Shown: one piece after another, positions 49,864 through 59,833 of the stretch | Layout: every line of letters begins with the position of its first letter | Numbering within the stretch: position 1 is the stretch's first letter | IMG/VR virus record: IMGVR_UViG_3300028591_000078 | Location: 96,001 to 160,000 of that record | Length of the DNA stretch: 64,000 bases | Direction: 5' to 3' (one strand) | Origin: a virus | Lineage: Duplodnaviria; Caudoviricetes | The notes under the pieces: generated by a model | The model's database searches: none | What the model was told of the DNA's origin: nothing | Seen by the model: only the letters and a program-made list of their open reading frames with translations | Position numbers and translations under genes: made by a program

Positions 49864-51726
49864 ATGCTATTTCAGTTACAGTTAATAGAAGAGTATGAAA
49901 ATGGATATCCAATGTATATGTGTCGTCGTAAAGATATGCTTACTGATGAAGAAAAAGATAAAATAAGAGAGAAGCATAAAGATGATCCTGATCCAGAGCA
50001 AGCAACTCAAGATGAAATAGACGCATATAATAAAGAGAGATATGATGTAGATATAGAATATGATGTAACAGTTCCACCTTATAATGAGCAGATTACTGAA
50101 GATAAAGTTCCTGACGAGTATATGAATGAATACCAAGAAATGAGAAGAAGCATTGAAGAGACTGATAAAGTTAAAGTAAATGGTCAAAAGACTGGTAAAT
50201 TCTTTAAGTCTCAAAGATCTCCTTTTGGTTGTGCATATATAGAAAATACTAGACCTAAGGATTGCTATTTATATAAGGTAACTGCTTATAAATTTATAGA
50301 AAATCAAGAAAATATTAGTGATCATCCTGAAGCTCTTGCTATGAGAATATATTCTAGTAGGGTTAGAATAGAAAAAGAGTATACAGAAGATAGTGAACTA
50401 AATTATCCTAATTTTATAATGAGTTATATTAAAAAGCTAGTTCCTATAGAAGATGGAAAGCCTGCTACTAAATCAGCTGTAGACTTTAGTAGAGTATGTA
50501 GAACTGAAGACTTTGATGAAGATTTTATGAAAGAGTACCAAGATTATCTCGATTGGGAGATGACTTCAATATATCAGGTACTATCTGAATCATTCTTATT
50601 AGAGTTTAAAGATAAAGTAAATTGGAAAAAAGTATCTGAGTTCCAAACTTTATCTGAAGACTTCATCAAAGATAATATAAATCTGGTCAATATACCTATA
50701 ATAATTGATAATCAAGATAGTATAACTCCAAAAACAGTACAGGAGTTTATAACTACTGGAGTTACTAGTTGGGAAAGCATATTTGATACTCTAGATCCTA
50801 AGCTTAGTACAGTTAATAAGTTTAAAGATATTATAGATTGGAAGCTTGTATGTGAAAATTGTAAGCTGACAGAAGAGTTTATAGATGCTCATCTTGACTA
50901 TATAGCACCTTATTGGGATTCTATAACTAAATTCCAGGATCATTTATCTGAAGAATTTCTCAAGGAACACGAGAAAGACATAAACTGGACTATAGCATCT
51001 GAGACTCAAACTCTATCCAAAGAGTTAATAGATGATCATTATACAGAACTTGACTGGAGAGCTGTATGTAAGAATCAGAGTTTAGATGAAGATATTATAG
51101 ATAAGTATCCATCTAGGCTGAACTGGCACAATCTATTATCTAATATCAAATTCACCGAAGATCAATTAGATAAGTACTTTGATAATCTTAAGGGTGAATG
51201 GAGAACTGTATCCATATTCCAAAAGATATCTACTAAATGGCTAGAGAAACATATCAATGATATTGATAAGGAGGATTGGAATATGCTTGCATCTAATATG
51301 GAATTTGATATAGACTTTATCAGAAAGTATAAGTCTAGAGTAGATTGGACTATAATATCTGGTCCTAAGTATATACTTACTGAAGCATTTATAGATGAGT
51401 TTAAAGACTATGTAGATTGGCAGACCATATGTGGATTTCAGAATATATCTAATAACTTCATTATGGATCACTATCAGTATATAGACTGGGATGCTATATC
51501 TAAGAATAAAGAGATCTTAACAGAAGAGTTTATAGATAGACATAAGAAGAAGTTATCTTGGGATATAGTAGAAGTAGTTTTCCAAATGTCTGAAGAGTTT
51601 ATCAATGATCATATTGATTATGTAACTTGGTATAATCTATTTAGATTCCAGAATCTATCTAAAGATTTTATAGAGAAGTATAGATGGAAGCTTACAGAGA
51701 AAGAAAGACAGGAGTTGGGTATATAA
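49864..51726 (+). CDS. Tryptophan-repeat protein
   Basis: Many ~22-aa repeats of the form LSEEFI..h.D.lDW..IS..Q. Confidence 0.8.
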   Translation: MLFQLQLIEEYENGYPMYMCRRKDMLTDEEKDKIREKHKDDPDPEQATQDEIDAYNKERYDVDIEYDVTVPPYNEQITEDKVPDEYMNEYQEMRRSIEETDKVKVNGQKTGKFFKSQRSPFGCAYIENTRPKDCYLYKVTAYKFIENQENISDHPEALAMRIYSSRVRIEKEYTEDSELNYPNFIMSYIKKLVPIEDGKPATKSAVDFSRVCRTEDFDEDFMKEYQDYLDWEMTSIYQVLSESFLLEFKDKVNWKKVSEFQTLSEDFIKDNINLVNIPIIIDNQDSITPKTVQEFITTGVTSWESIFDTLDPKLSTVNKFKDIIDWKLVCENCKLTEEFIDAHLDYIAPYWDSITKFQDHLSEEFLKEHEKDINWTIASETQTLSKELIDDHYTELDWRAVCKNQSLDEDIIDKYPSRLNWHNLLSNIKFTEDQLDKYFDNLKGEWRTVSIFQKISTKWLEKHINDIDKEDWNMLASNMEFDIDFIRKYKSRVDWTIISGPKYILTEAFIDEFKDYVDWQTICGFQNISNNFIMDHYQYIDWDAISKNKEILTEEFIDRHKKKLSWDIVEVVFQMSEEFINDHIDYVTWYNLFRFQNLSKDFIEKYRWKLTEKERQELGI

Positions 51727-51811
51727 ACCCAACTCCACTTATATATTATAAGAATGTAAGATTGTACCAATTCTGAAACAATCAATTAAACTTATTCAAG
51801 GAGGTCGAATT

Positions 51812-52453
51812 ATGCTCGGCTCTATTAATGTAACATCAGACATTAAACTTGTTGAAGACGTCCTCTATAGTGGAGGAGTTAAAGTTGTAATTGTTGATGA
51901 AGAAAACCCATTCCAAGGCGCTAATAATATAGTGGTAATGGGAAGTGTGTTACTTCCTCCATATGAAGCTCTTGCAGCTATGATAGATGGAGAAACAAGA
52001 ATATTCGCTCAGATATATCATGAGTATCTGTGTAGAAGAGAACCTGAATCTTTCATAGTTCTCTTGATAACTTGTTTATATAGAGGTATGAATATCTTAT
52101 TATTTATACCAGATCAAGAGGCAGACTTCTTACAGCCTCTCTTATATCAGTTTGCCTTATTTGGTATTATAGTAGGATCTGTGTCTAATGTATTTATGAT
52201 CAATCCCCAGCAGGAACCTCAGAGAGTAATACTGATGTATTTATATGATTATATTACTGCAGATGAATATCTTAAGATGCTTCCGATAAATGTCCCAATT
52301 GATGAAAGAGTTTTACCACTCTTAATCAGAGATATTAATCCACATCTTCCTGTATATTCTAAGGATGATTACCTTAGATACTTCGAGAACTATAGACATA
52401 GAGTTATTAATAGTAATAAACCTATAATAGTTCCATTTACGAGGTGTGACTAA
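51812..52453 (+). CDS. Hypothetical protein
   Basis: ORF with RBS and early-type promoter. Confidence 0.7.
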   Translation: MLGSINVTSDIKLVEDVLYSGGVKVVIVDEENPFQGANNIVVMGSVLLPPYEALAAMIDGETRIFAQIYHEYLCRREPESFIVLLITCLYRGMNILLFIPDQEADFLQPLLYQFALFGIIVGSVSNVFMINPQQEPQRVILMYLYDYITADEYLKMLPINVPIDERVLPLLIRDINPHLPVYSKDDYLRYFENYRHRVINSNKPIIVPFTRCD

Positions 52454-52965
52454 TGCTTGCATTTTCAAGAAACATCATATTCAATAGAGATCTAACCCAT
52501 CCTGAAAATACTGTGATATTTAATGTATCATCTTTATTAGAAGGATATAGAAGGTTAGATGCTCTGACTCCACCAAAGTATGTTGGTGGTATGTATATGG
52601 ATCCTAATGATCCTGATAAGTTCTATGAGCTTTATAAAATATATCTATCTCAGAGTACTGATGCTATGCTTGAGATTATGGATATAGCATATGCTTTATA
52701 TGAAGGAATGGATGTAATCCTTCTTATAGGAGCTAGTGATCTATATAGAGATAACCTTAGAGAAGCTATAGCTAAACTATTCATAGAGAGATATGGATAT
52801 CTTAGTAATATCGTTATGGATGTAAATGATATAGAAACTATCAAGGATAATTCATTCGCCATATGGGGATTGATGAACTTTGATAAAGATAAAGAATGGT
52901 ATACTACTATACAAACTGCATATCTAGGTCTAAACTGTGGAAGGAGCTTAGACGATTATGACTGA
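52453..52965 (+). CDS. Hypothetical protein
   Basis: Translationally coupled (TAATG). Confidence 0.7.
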   Translation: MLAFSRNIIFNRDLTHPENTVIFNVSSLLEGYRRLDALTPPKYVGGMYMDPNDPDKFYELYKIYLSQSTDAMLEIMDIAYALYEGMDVILLIGASDLYRDNLREAIAKLFIERYGYLSNIVMDVNDIETIKDNSFAIWGLMNFDKDKEWYTTIQTAYLGLNCGRSLDDYD

Positions 52966-53779
52966 TTTGTATAAGAAGACTCTATATCTAAAAGATATAG
53001 ACTTCTTGATCAATACTACAATCTATGAATATGATCTAAGCAAGGCAAACATATCAATCTTAAGGCAAGCTAATCTTATAACAGATGATCTATATAATAT
53101 TTTATATAATGCAGATAGAATGGACCGGCAAGTATTCATTGGAAAACTTCAGAAGAAAGATCCTAATATTGCTAAAGCCTTAGAGGTAGGTTTTATAGAA
53201 GCAAGAAGATTATTCTTTGAAGCTAATGGTTTGGAAGAACGAGATGTATTATCTATAAAGAAAGATGCTATTTTTACTTTTAAGAGATGTCTTAATCTCC
53301 AAGTAGCAGAATGGCTAATCTTTAAAGAGAAGAACCTCTATACTTCATATTATCATATTCCTTCTCAGAAGAAAGAACTATATTACTTAAAGCATCCATT
53401 TACAGGGGCTGAGGTTCTTGATATCAAAGGAATGAATGATGAATCATTTCACTATCATACTCATTATATGATAGAATTCTTGCTAGTATTATTTGAAACT
53501 GCTCAAACTGATATAGTTGAAGCATTAGACATGATATCTAGATTTGTTTCCCTCTACAGGTCTAGAAGATTAGAAGTTGGATTTTATCGTAATCTTAATT
53601 CTGAGTCCAAATTCTACTATATCTCTAATCCAAATGCTTTTTCTAGTTTTTCGGCAGAATATCTGCTCGATAATCAGGTTGGGTATTTAGATATATCCTA
53701 CAATGATTTATTGCTTAGGGATCTATATAAATGTATCTCTAAGCAATATTTCTTGACGCACAAGAAGCCGAGGTGCTGA
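52958..53779 (+). CDS. Small divergent DNA-polymerase palm-like protein
   Basis: IYEYDLSKANISIL (motif A-like) and SIKKDAIF (motif C-like), DIKG. Confidence 0.5.
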   Translation: MTDLYKKTLYLKDIDFLINTTIYEYDLSKANISILRQANLITDDLYNILYNADRMDRQVFIGKLQKKDPNIAKALEVGFIEARRLFFEANGLEERDVLSIKKDAIFTFKRCLNLQVAEWLIFKEKNLYTSYYHIPSQKKELYYLKHPFTGAEVLDIKGMNDESFHYHTHYMIEFLLVLFETAQTDIVEALDMISRFVSLYRSRRLEVGFYRNLNSESKFYYISNPNAFSSFSAEYLLDNQVGYLDISYNDLLLRDLYKCISKQYFLTHKKPRC

Positions 53780-53800
53780 TGCACCTCGGTACTTTCTTTT

Positions 53801-54361
53801 TTATAAGATAACAAGCTGAAGATGGATCGGAATACTAGGAAGTGTCTGACAAGTAAATACTACACCTTCACTAGTAATATCAGCAGTAATACAAGAACCT
53901 ACAATGATATCCTGTTCAGTTGTAGATATATTAGGTTCGAAGCCAAGTACTACAACCATATCTGTAGACATATCAGAAATTCTTTCAAGATACTGCTTAT
54001 TAACCCAGTCATTTACTCCTATAGCTACATGAACTACTTCTCCAGAACCAGTGCCAGCACCAGAAGGAGAATAGTAAGCGATTCTCTTTTCATCGAGATC
54101 TATAGCTATCGGAACATACTGATCTGCAACGAATGCGTTAGTTCTTGCAGCAAGATTCTTAAGATCTGTAAATGCATATACTTCACCATTAAGAGTAACT
54201 TTATCTCCAACAGTGAATGCATGATAAGGTCTGAATACCTTGGTGAAGAGTCCTGTAATATTCATAGGATAATCTTCATCCCAAGTAAGCATATGTATTT
54301 TATTAGTCTCGTCCCACTCATAGTCGAGTTCGAGGAGACGCATCTTCGGATTTAATGCCAT
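53801..54361 (-). CDS. Hypothetical (possible tail-fibre-associated) protein
   Basis: ATG 54361 after GAAAGGAG; GSG linker separating two domains. Confidence 0.55.
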   Translation of the reverse strand: MALNPKMRLLELDYEWDETNKIHMLTWDEDYPMNITGLFTKVFRPYHAFTVGDKVTLNGEVYAFTDLKNLAARTNAFVADQYVPIAIDLDEKRIAYYSPSGAGTGSGEVVHVAIGVNDWVNKQYLERISDMSTDMVVVLGFEPNISTTEQDIIVGSCITADITSEGVVFTCQTLPSIPIHLQLVIL

Positions 54362-54452
54362 TTTAATAGCTCCTTTCATAAGTAGATACTTATTATAAAG
54401 TTAAAACTATTCGAACTTTTATATAATCAATATATAAAAGAGGTGTTTCCAA

Positions 54453-54773
54453 ATGAACCAGTTAGATTCTATTGTTATAAAGAATGGTGTCAGAGGAGTA
54501 GACATTTCTGACAAAGAAATTCAGGCCTATGTAGATATGGGTCGTGAAAAGAGACCTCACGTAAAGCTTACAGGAATTACATTGACTCTCGATAATGACT
54601 ATGTTGATGTAGAATGGGACTATGATACTCCTAAGTTCGAGAGAATAAGACGTATCACAGGTTATCTTGTAGGTACTTTGGATCGCTTCAATAATGCTAA
54701 GAGAGCAGAGGTTGAAGACAGAGTAAAACATGAAATTGTAGATGACTGTGAAGATGTATATGTTGATAGCTAA
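54453..54773 (+). CDS. Stand-alone NrdD C-terminal (glycyl radical) domain protein
   Basis: RIRRITGYLVG...FNNAKRAEVEDRVKH. Confidence 0.8.
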   Translation: MNQLDSIVIKNGVRGVDISDKEIQAYVDMGREKRPHVKLTGITLTLDNDYVDVEWDYDTPKFERIRRITGYLVGTLDRFNNAKRAEVEDRVKHEIVDDCEDVYVDS

Positions 54774-54796
54774 TATATCTTTCAGATATATACTAT

Positions 54797-55005
54797 AAAT
54801 GTGTATAAGAGGTTTTTGACGGTTCCTTCTTATACACTCGCTTTTTGTACAGCTCCTTTGTCATACATACTTTACTGTCCCACGTTAAGTATGTATGGTA
54901 GGATTGGTATAGTGTTTGCAGACTAAAGCTATACTATAAGATCCAAATATCTGAACAAGATAAAGTCTGTATAAAGGTGGCACCCCTCGCCACCTTTATT
55001 TTTTA
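54797..55005 (+). ncRNA. Candidate multi-hairpin sRNA
   Basis: Early promoter ATATATACTATA; stems GTGTATAAGA/TCTTATACAC and CATACATACTT/AAGTATGTATG; terminator; no ORF. Confidence 0.5.
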
Positions 55006-55072
55006 TTAAATCTACCTAATTTGGTCGAATTAGAGAACATCTATATAATAACCATATTAGGAGGATTTAGAG

Positions 55073-55750
55073 ATGTATCAAGAAACATTCAATGAATTCC
55101 CTGATATAAGTATGTATGACAATAATAATAACCCTACTATATACAGTCCAAACTCACCTATACATTTACCATTCTATCAGGATAAAGAAACTTTATCTGA
55201 TATAGATAGCTATAAACGGTTCTTGGACAATACAGTAGCTAGGTTCAGAAAGTCGCGTACTTATACCAACTATAAAGCATATTTGATGGGAGATCTTGGA
55301 CTAGATCATTGCCAGTTCTTTGGTAATATCGATTCCGATGTAGCTTCCATTGAAATGAACCATGTAATCTTAACAGTCTTTGATGATGCTATGATTATGT
55401 GTGAGCATACTATAAATACTATCGGTAGAATAAGCTCTTTCGATCTTGAGTATATGCTCAAAGATGCACACAAGAGGAACCTTATTCCTATCGTAATGAT
55501 GTGCACCACTGTACATCAGGAATACCATGATGATCCTAACTTCTATGTAGCTCCAAACCAGATCTTTGGTAAATGGTGGGAGTTCTTAGATTGTTATAAG
55601 TATGGTATAACTCAGGAGATCGCTATAAAACTCATCTATTATATCAGAAAAGCTCTTGAAGAACCTGATTCAGATGATAATGGTCTCCTTAAACTAAGAG
55701 ATTCAATAATGGATTGGAGTAGATTTAATTATGATAACTTCGGTATATGA
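55073..55750 (+). CDS. Hypothetical protein (degenerate HNH-like)
   Basis: CQF...IEMNH...MCTTVHQEYH. Confidence 0.6.
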   Translation: MYQETFNEFPDISMYDNNNNPTIYSPNSPIHLPFYQDKETLSDIDSYKRFLDNTVARFRKSRTYTNYKAYLMGDLGLDHCQFFGNIDSDVASIEMNHVILTVFDDAMIMCEHTINTIGRISSFDLEYMLKDAHKRNLIPIVMMCTTVHQEYHDDPNFYVAPNQIFGKWWEFLDCYKYGITQEIAIKLIYYIRKALEEPDSDDNGLLKLRDSIMDWSRFNYDNFGI

Positions 55751-56183
55751 TATACTAGCAATAGTATGGACAGTGATAGGAACTTTACTCATAACGTATA
55801 TGTCTATAGGTATCATTAGATATCTTAATAGAAAAAATGCACTTAATGAATATGAGATCAATCTAGCTTATGACACATCTAATATAGAGAATGAGCTAGA
55901 TACTATAATTCAAAATGCTATAACTGTATATGCTGCTCTGAATATATCTTATCAGGATGATGTATATATCAATGATAAGATGGAAGAGGATATAAGAAAT
56001 AGCGTAGTAGGAGATGTGAATGATAAGCTTACTCTTACTATGATTAATAAGCTTTCTCTTATCTACAAATCTGATAGGATAGAAGATATAATTGCAATGA
56101 AGATCTATCTTGCAGTTATGCTTTATAGAGTACAGCATAATAGTGGTAAAACTGCTACTCCAAATGATGTAAAAAGCGAATAA
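55731..56183 (+). CDS. Membrane protein (N-terminal TM)
   Basis: Hydrophobic residues ~8-30. Confidence 0.65.
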   Translation: MITSVYDILAIVWTVIGTLLITYMSIGIIRYLNRKNALNEYEINLAYDTSNIENELDTIIQNAITVYAALNISYQDDVYINDKMEEDIRNSVVGDVNDKLTLTMINKLSLIYKSDRIEDIIAMKIYLAVMLYRVQHNSGKTATPNDVKSE

Positions 56184-56355
56184 AAGTTTATGATAAGAAC
56201 ATATAAGTAGTGCTTAAAAGGCATTGTGTTCAACTCATTTATACGTATTCCTTTTCGTCAATAGCCCATGGTTTTTATACCATGGGCTCCTTTCCTGTGT
56301 TTCGTGATATGCTCAACATAAATGTAATCAAATCCTTGAATAAGGAGGTATATAG

Positions 56356-58863
56356 ATGAGTGATGAAATACAGATGATTTATTCTGACAATCCTTATATA
56401 GACGTCTTAGTATATAATACTAAGATATTAGCTAAGGGTTGTGTGGTAAAGAATCAGAACACTGCTGACTCATATGAAACAGCAGAAACAATGAAAAGAG
56501 CTGATATCTATTGCTCGTGCATAGAGCAGCATACATTTTTCGAAATGTTCTTCCCATATCCTAGATGGGCTATAAATATGATAGATCCTGATGTAGATCA
56601 TCAGGTATCATATATGCAAGATAATTACAATATTCCAGAAGAGTTACGTCCTCGGATTCAGAAGTATATGATGGATTATACTATTCAGAATTATGAGGAA
56701 GGTAATGAGTATTATAGAGAGCTGAATGGTCAGCCTCCTATATTGGGTGACTTTATATATCCTGGTCCATATATACCTGATGATATATATGTAACAGACA
56801 AGACTCTTCCTATACATGAATTCTCAGACTTTGATATAGACGTATTGGAAGTATTTGGTATCCTGGATAAGATCAAAGCCGATTATCCTGATGCTAAATA
56901 TCTGAATCATCTTGGATATAAGAGAATAGATATTTATAAGGCTAGAAAAGCCTTAGAGTTTGAACTCTTATATATTCCTGGATGTGAAGTTGAAGAGATC
57001 AGATCTCAATATATAGAAACCTATGCTAGAAATAGAGACTTTACTTTAAAGACTATCTATTCAGATGCATTTAGGTTCCAGTCTGACTACTATGATAACT
57101 TCATAAGTCTGTTTATTACTATTCAGACTATGATAGATATCATTACTAATGTGCAGATTAATATCCTTAAGAAGGATGTATTTGATTCTCGTACTCTTAG
57201 ATGGCTATTTGAATCATATGGTATACCATACTATTCTGAGATACCATTAAAGTATCAGGTGGCTATGATAAAGAATATACATACATTACTGAAGTATAAG
57301 TCTACTAATAGAAATATTGTAGATATATGCTCGCTGTTTGGATATGATAATATCGTAATCTTTAAGTATTATCTCCTGAAAGATAGAACTGTATCTGAAG
57401 ATGATATTACTGGTTATGATAAAGAAGCTTCTGAACTGAAGTTTATAAAACTCCCTCTCCAGGATAAGATAGACTACTATATCAAAGATAGGACTAACTA
57501 CCTTACTTATGATCAGATAGTATATCAAGATGAATTCTGGGATGGAGATCTCCCTCATGATGAGATTAAGAAGAGAGTTATGGATAAGGAGTTTGCACTA
57601 GTAAGAACTAAATACTTATCAGTAGACTCTATGTGCGATCTCTCTGATATAGCATTCAATATATGCTACTTCTTCAACTTCATTTTTGATAAGCATAAGT
57701 TAGAAGAGTATCTTGTATGCTATGTACCTTATATAAAACAGAATAAAGCCTTTAGAATGGTAGACTTATTCATATTCTTGACTTGTATAAACTTCTACTA
57801 TATGGATGTAGAAGATACTATCATGGATACTATGGGTAAAGTCTTATATATAAAAGGATTTAACTTTGAAGCCGATCTTGCAGGGCTAGCTCAATACTTA
57901 GCAGATAATCATGTATCTGATATCTTTGCTAATATTGCTGGATTCCATGTAGAAGCTTCTAGTATACTTACTTATAAGCAGATGCTTAAGATCTTTGTAG
58001 ATAATAAAGATGTTTATAAGTACCTTGTAAATGAAATGGTTAACTGTAAGGATATGAGAATGTATAGAATCTTTAAGAAGATATATGATTCTCTTATGAT
58101 TATAGAGTATACCAACAAGTACTTTGAAATACCTACAGGAGGTATAGCAAAGACTTATACAGAGTTTCTTAAATATAGAGATCCAACTCTATATGCAGAA
58201 CTCAAAAAACTGGCTGCAATTACAGATCTTGAGAAGAGAAGAAATCTGATCGTTAATCTTATAGATCATGTAATCTATGCTCTTGATGAGTGTTTCAATA
58301 ATGATGAGATACTCAGATATATATATAGATACTTCCCAGGACATGGCGAAGAGTTGATTCAGCAGTATATAATGAAGATGATCATGTTCTTCAAGTCTTA
58401 TAAGACACAGCTGTTGAATCTTACTATAATCTATCTATTAGATGATAGATTAGAGAATAATATGAGACCTATAGATCATCTACAGGATCTTATATCTCAT
58501 TTTGATCTTGATGAAGGAAAGCCTATTACAGAGAAAGTATTCATAGATATATGGTTCTTCTTGAATGAAAAAGATATGGCTGGATTCTTGGATAAGATGA
58601 GGATTGAAGTGTCTAGATTAGTAGATAAGAGTTACATTGATAAGATGAAATACTATGACACTATTGATGAATTCTATCTACACTTCATATTCGATGACTG
58701 GAATAAATATAAGGATATGTTTATGGATCTCATAGCAACCCACTTCTTCAGTCATAAATATACAATAGATTCTAGGTTACATGAAATGAATTCTACTTTA
58801 ACCTATGAAGATCGGCTATATAGACCTCTTGACAAGGTCTCCATTGAGCCATATTTTGAATAA
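56356..58863 (+). CDS. Large virion structural (baseplate-like) protein
   Basis: 835 aa, late promoter at 56315-56326, LLKYKST...I..LFG pattern. Confidence 0.6.
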   Translation: MSDEIQMIYSDNPYIDVLVYNTKILAKGCVVKNQNTADSYETAETMKRADIYCSCIEQHTFFEMFFPYPRWAINMIDPDVDHQVSYMQDNYNIPEELRPRIQKYMMDYTIQNYEEGNEYYRELNGQPPILGDFIYPGPYIPDDIYVTDKTLPIHEFSDFDIDVLEVFGILDKIKADYPDAKYLNHLGYKRIDIYKARKALEFELLYIPGCEVEEIRSQYIETYARNRDFTLKTIYSDAFRFQSDYYDNFISLFITIQTMIDIITNVQINILKKDVFDSRTLRWLFESYGIPYYSEIPLKYQVAMIKNIHTLLKYKSTNRNIVDICSLFGYDNIVIFKYYLLKDRTVSEDDITGYDKEASELKFIKLPLQDKIDYYIKDRTNYLTYDQIVYQDEFWDGDLPHDEIKKRVMDKEFALVRTKYLSVDSMCDLSDIAFNICYFFNFIFDKHKLEEYLVCYVPYIKQNKAFRMVDLFIFLTCINFYYMDVEDTIMDTMGKVLYIKGFNFEADLAGLAQYLADNHVSDIFANIAGFHVEASSILTYKQMLKIFVDNKDVYKYLVNEMVNCKDMRMYRIFKKIYDSLMIIEYTNKYFEIPTGGIAKTYTEFLKYRDPTLYAELKKLAAITDLEKRRNLIVNLIDHVIYALDECFNNDEILRYIYRYFPGHGEELIQQYIMKMIMFFKSYKTQLLNLTIIYLLDDRLENNMRPIDHLQDLISHFDLDEGKPITEKVFIDIWFFLNEKDMAGFLDKMRIEVSRLVDKSYIDKMKYYDTIDEFYLHFIFDDWNKYKDMFMDLIATHFFSHKYTIDSRLHEMNSTLTYEDRLYRPLDKVSIEPYFE

Positions 58864-58910
58864 GACAACATATGAGTAATATTAGACCGTGTAAGGAGGA
58901 ATAATCTATC

Positions 58911-59738
58911 ATGGACAACAAGCAGCTTTTGATGTTCGATAGTAACAAAAATAGAGACCATGCGTCACTTAAGGCTACTAGTGTAATTATAAAATGCCTG
59001 GAAACAGGAGAAGAAATATATAGGGGAATGAATAAGGTTATAGTCTCTGGATCTGAGTTTACAGCTAGAAGACACTTTGATCTTCCTGGAGTAGAGATTA
59101 CTCAGACTTATAATGCAGCTCTTCAGCTGGAGAACTCTGTATGGAGTGGACCGCCTTCTCAGGATGCTGTAAAGACATTCCTCTTCGCTGTAGGAACAGA
59201 TGGATGTGGAAATCTTCCTAGCCAGGTATATGATGTAGATACTACTAAGTGGATCAAGCCTAGTGCTCTTGTTCCTTTCAGACTTGTAGATCCTGAAGAG
59301 GATCTTACTATAGTAGAAAGAGCTAAGTACTTTGGTAGAAAGCCTACCGCATATGTTATAGATGGTGAAGAGATTCCGAAGATCGCATATTACTTTAAGG
59401 CTTTTGAGCATGATCCTATACTTAAGCTTGTATATGCAGACTCTTCTGACATTACTCCTGATGTATGGAACGATCCTAGAACCACAGAAGCAGAGATATA
59501 TGTAGAGCTTAAGCTTCAGGTTACTAAGGAAGACTGCAGAGACTTCTTCTACAATACATCTGGTATTAATGATTCTCGTCTTAATACTCTTTCGCTTCTC
59601 TACTGCTGGTCTACAACAGATGAGAATGGATATAAGTGGTATCAGGATATCAGACCTCTTACAAAGTATAACTTCCCGAATGAATCATTAATAGATCCTA
59701 GCAAGGGATTAGATATTACATATCACCTCTACTATTAA
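58911..59738 (+). CDS. Virion structural (baseplate/tail) protein
   Basis: NKVIVSG...FAVGTDG...LDITYHLYY pattern; late promoter at 58867-58878. Confidence 0.6.
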   Translation: MDNKQLLMFDSNKNRDHASLKATSVIIKCLETGEEIYRGMNKVIVSGSEFTARRHFDLPGVEITQTYNAALQLENSVWSGPPSQDAVKTFLFAVGTDGCGNLPSQVYDVDTTKWIKPSALVPFRLVDPEEDLTIVERAKYFGRKPTAYVIDGEEIPKIAYYFKAFEHDPILKLVYADSSDITPDVWNDPRTTEAEIYVELKLQVTKEDCRDFFYNTSGINDSRLNTLSLLYCWSTTDENGYKWYQDIRPLTKYNFPNESLIDPSKGLDITYHLYY

Positions 59739-59833
59739 AAAACACGAATTGACCTAGGGCGGTAACCCTAGGTCAACTCTTGTATTTTACGGAGGAATCG
59801 AGATTCCCATGAAGAAGTTTCATTATATAAATG

